A DNA stretch of 63,552 bases, filler included, from Reclinomonas americana ATCC 50394 (lineage: Eukaryota), in NCBI GenBank assembly GCA_048213135.1. It is 14 parts of 14 records of this genome, joined end to end, with 100 filler letters (N's around TTAATTAATTAA, not from the genome) between each part and the next. Parts side by side here need not be neighbours in the genome. Positions count along the whole stretch, not along the records: positions 51,326 to 62,150 come from AFZH01020918.1; positions 62,251 to 63,552 come from AFZH01020923.1; 12 more parts are not named here. The stretch is one strand, 5' to 3'. Shown here piece after piece: positions 55,310-63,552 of the stretch. Position numbers and translations under genes: made by a program. Under the pieces are notes generated by a model. It did no database searches, was not told the DNA's origin, and saw only the letters and a list, made by a program, of their open reading frames with translations. Position 1 is the stretch's first letter; the number at the start of each line of letters is the position of its first letter.

Positions 55310-58300
55310 TCAAACAGCTCCTGTGACCATGCCGCGATGTTCGGTTCTGTTGTAATCCTCGTCGGCAGCCTCCAGTAGCGGCGCATGGAGCGTTGAGTCG
55401 CCAGTAACTTGCACATGACGGCTCGCACCCACTTGCATCTCGATTTCTGTTGAGCAGCGACGGGGAAGCATACAGAGATAAAAGGAATGAGTGAGAGAGA
55501 GAGAGGGTAATGAGAGTGCTCTGCATCGAGAATCCCCGCCTCTAAGACGACGCGCACCATCGGAAACTGCGGATCCTCGCCTCTGCCGACGTCTGCAAAA
55601 CGCCACCACGGCCTTGATACCAGACAGCACTACTGGGCCCACCAACACTGCGCCAGCCAGCGAGAGCACTACGATGCACGTGACAACCTTGAAGCGCGTG
55701 GACGCCTGCGATGCGAACACGGTGGATATGACAACCAGCGAGCCGAGCCCGATGGCCTGTCAAGCACACAATGAGAATGCATGTGTGTCCGCACTCACAG
55801 TGCACGACTCACCTCCAGCACATTGTACAAGAGGTGTTCATAGGCGCGAACAACAAGGTGCACCGCGAGGAAGGCGACACACACCACCCACAGTGCCAGT
55901 GGAAGGATGTCGATGGATCCCGTGGCGGCGAGAGGGAAGAGCACAGCGAGGATGATCAGACGTCGACAGAGTTGATAGCCTGATGTACCGAAAAGGAATA
56001 GTGAGAAGTCATGCTCGGTGCGGTGACGACCTTCATCTGCAATACTGATGGTGGGGCAATTGTTGACTTTTGTATTCCCCTACTGTGTGTTTGCTTGTCC
56101 CTCAGTCTGTGGTGCGAATACGAGACTCTTTTCGACGGCAAGTGGCAGTGGTGTAACTATTTGCCGTGCGTACTCAGGAAGCGCTATAATCTTATCTTGA
56201 ACGCGAGAGAGTAACACAAATAGTGCAGCGGAGAAGCAAACAATTAAACATCAGTGCGCCCGTATGCATTCTGACCTCACTGCTCTCAACAACTTTTGGG
56301 CATGATTTGCTGTGCGCACCCAGCAAATGCAAAGCCTTATCTTGCACGTGAGCGAGTGACGCAGAGAATACATCGGAGAAAAGCATCAACCTACCCGCGT
56401 GCATTCTGATCTCGCTGCTCGCTTCCACCCTTCCCTCTCGAGTCACTCACCTTGATACCACACCACCGGAGGCCGGAAGTGGTCGTACAACACACCGAAT
56501 CGTCGCCGAGTCTGTCACACAAGAATGAGACCATGGCATCTCACGCAAGCTTCTCTTGCAATCCCACCGACCTTCTCGTCATGCAGTCTCTTCTGCCGAC
56601 GCAAGCGCACGGTCCACCACACCACCAGCACTGGCACACTGAGAGTTGCTGCCAGCAGCACGGCGAAGAGCGGAATCAGTCGCTGCCACCTGTGCACATA
56701 TTTGTTGATCAGCACGGAACGAGACAGCCGCACCGCTGCAAAATCAAACGCAACACTCCCTCGTAGCACACAATGCTGGGTGAAAAGAGCACCACATGAC
56801 TGTTGCCGACCTCCGTGCACGTGAAAAACGTAATCGCCGTCTCCGCCAGGCCCTCGTACGCTCCCAGCAGCAGCACAACTGTTGTCAGGATGTAGTGGTG
56901 CGGCGAGGCGATAACCCTGAACCATGTGACGAATCGCGGCCATCGTCCGCTCGTCGAGCCATGGTGGATGCAGCGCACCAATGCTCTTGCAAGCAGCCAA
57001 TGTAGAACAAAGCAGGCCCACAAGATCGCCAGCGACACAAATGGCGACACGACACGAGCCAACAGGTCACCGACAGCGTCTGTGTTGAACGGACAGCCGA
57101 CATCCAGAATGCGCGGCACGACAAAGGTGAGCAGCCGGTTGAGAGAGATGAGTTCCACGTTGGGGTAGAAGAGGAGTGTGGTGGTCTGGAGGGTGAAGAT
57201 GATGATTTCGGCAGATGCTGCAAGCAAACATTCAAGTGGGTCAGTCTTGATCCAATCAACACGGGTGTGTTTGCTTTCCTCTCTAACTGCCTATAGTTCC
57301 TCTTGCTTCATGTCTCTTCTCCTCACTTGCTGTCTCTCCTTCGACTGCGTCGTGTTACCATCTTTCTCCCACTCGCTGTGTTCCGCAATGAGTGCGGCTT
57401 CCCTCATCGCTCCTCTCACGCCTTTCCTGTCTCCCTTCCTCTGGGACTCGCTCGTCTCTCCATTGCTCTTCTCGCCCTCGCCTTTCCCATCTCTTCTATT
57501 CTCACTTTCGCGTTTCCCGTCTCTTCTTCCGGATTACACACCTTCGCCAACATCAATCTGGAAGAAGACGTGGATGAATAGCACAAAGGCAAGCATCTTT
57601 GTAAACGTCCACAAGCGCGCCCATCCAGAGGTTGATTCGCACGGAATGCACAGTCCCTGCCACTGAGAGTAGCCCTCCTGCACATTCCAGTGAGTTCATC
57701 ATCTTCCACTCGTTGCATCGACATGTGACTCACCTTGCATGCTCCACACAGTGGCGAGTCCGACGCACGATTTGTCTCCTCACTGCAGTATTCGGCATCG
57801 ACGGCAACCAAAGTTTGACTGGCGTTGTCACCGCGTTCGCAGTAATCATAAGGACAGAGGTATGCCACCACAGTTGACGGTGGCGACACTAGCGTGCCTG
57901 TCCATCCTTTCGACAAGACACCCTCAATCTGCCAGTCAGCATCAACTGGGAAGGTCCAGAACTGCGACTGCACTGCCATCTGCAGTCCGCCGAGGCAGTC
58001 GGCATTGGCTGGACACGGTACACTCGTCTGGTTGAATGCGCTCGTCGGCAGCGCATACTCGCCAGGGGGACATTGCTGGCAGCCAATGTCCGTGTAACTG
58101 TAACCCGCTGGGCAGGCTGCCAGTGGCAATGAGAGCTCAGGCTGCGGGCCGACAAAGCCACCACCAGAGCCGGTGGTGATGCTGATGCTCACAGGATCAC
58201 CGCTGTCGCGCAGGTGCGCGCGAATGCCTTGAGTCGGATTCGCCCCACGCTCGACAATCGTCAACTGGAATGTCGCTGTTCCAGCCTCAGTCGACTCCGA

Positions 58301-61300
58301 CAGAGAGCTCGTCTGCATAAGTGGACGGGTCGTCAGCGAGGAACAATCTTGAAAGAAGAGATGAGAAAGCACGACAAACCGCTGGACTGCAACCAGTAGA
58401 GCAAATGACGTGGAACTGGGTATTATCCAGCGTGGACATGAATTGACCAAAGACATCCGTAGCGTTCACCTGTATCACTCGTGGTTGCTGTGGCGATGGA
58501 TACGGCACGCCACCGGTCAAACCCATCATAACAGAGTACAGCGCTGCAGCGGAGCACAAGCCTTGAAAATGCAAGCACACATATTGCTCATCACATGCAA
58601 CGCAACTGCTGCCGACATCATTCGCCAGCGTGTTGCTGGCCAGGTTACCAGTGACGCTTAATTGCCGCTGTTGCATCCACGATGACCACCCACCAGCCGC
58701 TGTGAACGACTGCCATACAGCAGCCAGCGTGGACGGATTGCCACCACCGTTCCAAAACACCCCGCCACCGGCTCCTTCGCCAACCAATCGCGGTTGACCC
58801 AGAGGCGTCACCGCTTGGTTGCCAAACACTGACACACCAAGCAGGAACACGCCGACGGAACTCGCTCTCGACTGAGTGATGTTGACGGCCAGACCGCCAC
58901 CGCGTGCTCCACTCCAGTTGTCAGCAAATGTCGTTGAGACAAAGGAAGTCACCGTCGTGTCCACTACTGATGCTCCACCACCATCACCTCGCTCGGCCGT
59001 GTTGCCTACAAAGCGAGTGTTCGAGCTGGTGACGTTGGCAGAGCCACCAGCAAAGAGTCCGCCACCAACTGTTGTCGCCGTGTTGTTCATCAGCAGCGAG
59101 CCCGTGATGTTCACTTGTGGATTGTTGTCCGTGTAGATACCACCACCGTTCTCAGCTTGGTTACCCTCCACAGTCACCGCAGTCATTGCCACTCGCGCAG
59201 TCTCCGCCGCCGACACGCCACCACCACCGCCACCACTAGCGACACGATTGGCGAGGAGGCGTGATCCCCGCAGCGTGGTGCTTGAACTACCGGCGGCATA
59301 CAATGCACCGCCCCACAACTGTGCCAGGCCAGCACTGAGTGTGCTGCCCGTATCAATCCACATTCCCAGTCCTTGCGTAGTCACATGACCGCCGGAGGTG
59401 GCTGCTGTGTTGCTCAGGAACTGGGTGGTGGACGATGTTACATTGGCCGTCTGGGACACGTACATGGCGCCTCCGGCCAGGGTGGCATTGTTGGTTGACA
59501 ACGTGCAGTTGGCGAGACTGATCTGCGACACGCCATCGGCATACACGCCACCACCATCTGCAGTCGCCTGGTTGCTGCGGATTGACGTTCTGATCAGCGT
59601 GTGCTTGCTGTTCTGGTCGATAAACAGGCCACTACCAAAGGGGGCAGAATTGCCCACAATAAAAGCGTCGGACCAAGAAGACGAGGACTGCAGGTCGGCA
59701 AACATTCCACCACCGAAATGAAGTGCCTTGTTGTTCTGCACACTAGAGCCGCTCGACACTGCAAGCGTGGCGGTGGCGGTGAGAAATAAACCACCACCGC
59801 TCTGCGTTGCTTGATTGCTGTCCACCACAGATTGCGATTGAATCTGCAAGTCTGCCTGCTCGGCACGCACAGCAAGACCGCCACCATACAGCGCCGTGTT
59901 GCTGGAGATACTGGTCTTGCTGATTGTGGCCGAGGTGGCCACCTCGCTGAGCACCACTCCACCACCGTATCCGTCAGGCGCCAAGTTGGACGTGATGAAA
60001 GAGTCCATAATCTTGCAGCCCTGTCCGCTCATGGCCACGCCACCACCACCCGTTTCCAGCGCAGTGTTCCCCGAGATATGAGATGCGGAGAGTAGAGACT
60101 GCGCTCCCACCAGCACACCGCCACCAGTTACGTGTTCGCCAGACACAGAGTTGCCGGAGATGATACATCTAGTGGCCGAGCTTGATGCGTCGAGCAGCAT
60201 TGCGCCACCCCCATGAGAGCGACCGGCAATGACAAGCGGGACAGACGATTGTACGGAGTTGCCAGTCAGGGCTGACGAGGAAATCGCGGCACCGTCGACG
60301 GCGAGCACCGCACCGCCACCGCAGAATCCACCAGAAGGATAGAGCGCATTCCCGGCACCAGCATCTTCCACGCGGTTGTCGACAAACTGAGAAGCGGAGA
60401 GGTATGAGGGCGAATTCACCAACAGCACGGCACCACCACCGTTGTGGTTGCTGCCTTGCCCGTTGAGAGTGTTGCTGAGGCCACCCGCACCGTCACGGAT
60501 AGACTGATTGCCGATGAATGTGCAACCCGTAACGTTGAATGTGCCCTGAGAGCGGAGATACGAATGGGCGAGTGAGTGGGCTTCGATCACGACATCATGA
60601 GCAACAGAAACGATGCAACTGCTGTTGTCGACGGTGCAACCAGCAACGCTGCTCCTCCACCATTGAAGCCGCCAAAAGAGGCGCCGATTGTACTGTTGAA
60701 ACCGCCCGCACCATTGTGCCACGATGTGTTATTGAGAAACTGGGACTGGCTGACCGTCTGCATGGTGGTGGTGACAGACTCAGGACACTACGAAGACGGA
60801 TGCACTCGGGGACAAGGTAACGAACTAGAACGGAAGAAGAATTGGGGGTGGAGAAGACGAGCAGTGCGCCTCCGCCGGAAAAGGTTGCAAGGCTGCTTCC
60901 CGACGACGTATTTCCGCTGCCCCCGTTTCCTGTGTGAACGATGAGTAACAATGATTTGATCACAGAAAATTCTGACGATTGCACGGCAAGAGTGGGGATC
61001 ACCATTGCCGCCAGCGGAGTTGTTGAAAAAAGTGCAGCCGGAAATCTTTTTCAAACGCAAGATGCGACAAATGAGTGACACTCTGAGACACTTGGTGAAG
61101 CTGACAAGCAGAACCTCGAGAGTGCCGGGAAGAGTGGCCAGGACGGCACCGCCGCCACCGGCTGACCCGATGGCATCGCCTCGGTTGGCACTGCTGCCTC
61201 CAACAGCATTCCTTGAAGCCACATTGGAGAGGAATGCGCAGTCTCGTATGACCGCCTGCGCAAGCGTGATAATGAGTTCAGGCAGTTATGCAGATAGACG

Positions 61301-61910
61301 ATGAAGCGAGAAACCATGATCGCGCTGCTCCTTAATGATACAAGCAATGCGCCGCCTCCATTTCGAGAACCTGATGCGGTGTTTGTGAGTTGACTCGATC
61401 CACCATTTCCATTTGTGCTGGCCTCATTGCTCTCGAATCGACAACCCTCAATTATCTGTTTGTGGGACTGTGTGAGAATCAAAAGTAAGATGATGACAAC
61501 AACCACGAGGGTACGAACCAAGTTCGATATCGTTCCGGCGGAAAACAAGATTAGCATGACTCCACCTCCATTCACGCTGCCAGAGGCACTGGCTGAAACT
61601 GTGATGGCGGGCGCACGAGAACATCCGCGTGTTAGAATCGTAAACCACGAGATCGCAATGCGGTTGTCGTCGTGGTGGCGTAGGCGGCCTCACCTGCAGA
61701 GCCGGAGCCGCCATTCCCATTGTTACTTGCAGTATTCGATGTGAAGGTGCAGTTGCTGATTCTCGACGTCTGCAACAACAACAACAACAATAACAACGAC
61801 AACAACAACAGCACGAAGAAGACGCACACAAAGTGTGAGTGACACGAAAACAAACAATCTCTCAACTCTTTCCAAGTTTGTGCAAACAAACATACAACCA
61901 ACAATAGGAA

Positions 61911-61958
<48 letters not shown>

Positions 61959-62049
61959 CACACCTGACTTGTAGTAGAGGCAAAGCCGTTGATCAGCACG
62001 ACACCACCACCATTGGTGCTACCGTTGCTATCCGCACTCGCACCGTATT
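55310..62049 (-). CDS. Large surface protein: polymorphic-membrane-protein (GGA[ILV]/FxxN) beta-helix repeats, Cys-rich module, multi-pass TM C-terminus; 5' end not visible
   Basis: Repeated FxxNxA..GGG[AGV][VLI] motifs (58600-62040); CPAGY...CQQCPPGEY...CPANADCLGG...CPYDYC...LCGAC; several TM segments 55650-57650; FFTC...PSIVCY; stop at 55310. Confidence 0.85.
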
Positions 62050-63226
62050 CTGCAAGCAAAGAGCACACATCGATCAGGTCAACTGTACGCACAATCAACC
62101 TCACACATACATTCACATCTTAATCTTAAACCGGAACATAAGAACAAGATNNNNNNNNNNNNNNNNNNNNNNNNNNNNNNNNNNNNNNNNNNNNTTAATT
62201 AATTAANNNNNNNNNNNNNNNNNNNNNNNNNNNNNNNNNNNNNNNNNNNNTCAAAAGGTAAAAAGGGGCTTACGTGCAGCTTTCTTGTGTGCAAAAAGAC
62301 GTGACAGGGAGGGATGCATCGATCAGAATAAGCAAACACTGCTTCTATTGCAACATTTATTGCAGCGCTGCGATATCGATATCGATTCAATAATATATCG
62401 CTGTCCTTGATCCTCTTCTGTGTACTACGAGTGGCGGCAAAGTGTGGTGGCGTGTGTAGTTGGGCCGTAGCTGCGCGCGAGGAGACAGGTGAGCACAGTG
62501 CTGGGGGATTAAATTGCACGTAACCAGATTTATATTTGATATCACAGCAAAAATTTAAAAGAATAGCGCAACCAGCACCATCGACAGCACGTGCACGTGT
62601 GCCTACCGCGGGGTCGCTGAGCAGGTTGTGCAACCCAAGAAGCAGGCCTCACCTCCAGAAAGCTGGAGAGAGAGAGAAGACGAGACAGTGAACCAATCGG
62701 TGCGCATATGCGTGCGCTCTCGCTTGCTCCGTGGCCGCTCTGCGCGCGCTGCACTTGTCCGCCACAGTGTGTCACACGTGGCAAGACTAGCAGCGAGCGA
62801 TGACAAGGTGAAGACAGGCCAGCATGCTTCTCTGCAGAGCACACAAATCTCGATTTCGCCTAAGTTGCGCACCTCGTGGTGGTGCGCTGCCTGGCACGCC
62901 AACCGAGGCCGATCAACCTCTGCGCATGCATGTCCATGGAGGAGCAGGGGTCGCCTCTCTAGCCACATGATCCACAAACAAGCACGAACGATAGTAACGG
63001 GCATTGACAAAAGCTCAACCGTCGCAAAACACCCATGCCACAGACAACTCCCCATTACACAACACAACGCACACTCAAAGCAACAGCAACAGCGCTGCGA
63101 ATGATGTTTACCAACTAGAAGAACAACAACATGTCACAACTTACTCAACAACACTCATCGCAAGAGATCATCGACAGTCTCTCTCCTTTTTCTCTCTTCT
63201 CTTTCACAAACACACACAGACACACG

Positions 63227-63412
63227 TCACTCTTTGTCGGGCTGCGGGCACGGGCGGTGAATGCACGTCCATTGAGGCGCCAGTGCCGCATCCGCGAGGA
63301 CAGCTGCCGCTACCTTCTCTACACGCTCCTCCGCCTCCTTGTTGTAGGCTGGGTTGGGACGATGGATGCACGTCCAGTCGCGCTCCGGCGTAGGCAGCTG
63401 TTGATCGCTCAT
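63227..63412 (-). CDS. Short ORF or first exon carrying a duplicated WTCIHRP motif
   Basis: MSDQQLPTPERDWTCIHRPNP...APQWTCIHRPCPQ; the two motif copies differ only by four synonymous changes. Confidence 0.5.
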   Translation of the reverse strand: MSDQQLPTPERDWTCIHRPNPAYNKEAEERVEKVAAAVLADAALAPQWTCIHRPCPQPDKE

Positions 63413-63470
63413 GGATGAATGTGTGTAAGAGTGGGGCGCAGGAGGCCAAATTTCGTGGATGAATGTGTGC

Positions 63471-63543
<73 letters not shown>

Positions 63544-63552
63544 TGTGTGTGT

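Overview
Scaffolded genomic DNA from an intron-dense unicellular eukaryote (taxon not determinable here). It uses the standard code: TAA, TAG and TGA all end genes. Thirteen artificial 100-nt gaps (N44-TTAATTAATTAA-N44) interrupt the window, and pyrosequencing-type noise suggests a 454 assembly. Most ORF-track entries are exon fragments or low-complexity artefacts, so I spliced the genes by hand. Plus strand: a TmcB/TmcC-like membrane protein with three PAS domains and a C2-type class III cyclase half-site, a UBA-coiled-coil-ubiquitin-like protein, an aldo-keto reductase, a giant NHL/FN3/Ig type-I membrane protein, a 46-aa Pro/Arg-rich small ORF, an ABCB half-transporter and an IFI44-like GTPase. 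Minus strand: a MAPEG protein, a hypothetical protein, a bacterial-type AAA-ATPase/PD-(D/E)XK nuclease with a candidate mitochondrial presequence, and a polymorphic-membrane-repeat multi-pass protein. The strongest unusual signal is a recurring class of 5' splice sites. About 20 of roughly 100-120 introns begin GTTGCG, GTTTCG, GTTGAG or GCTGCG, which is the normal donor displaced by one base, lacking both +5G and -1G. Gene models are manual and lack transcript support.
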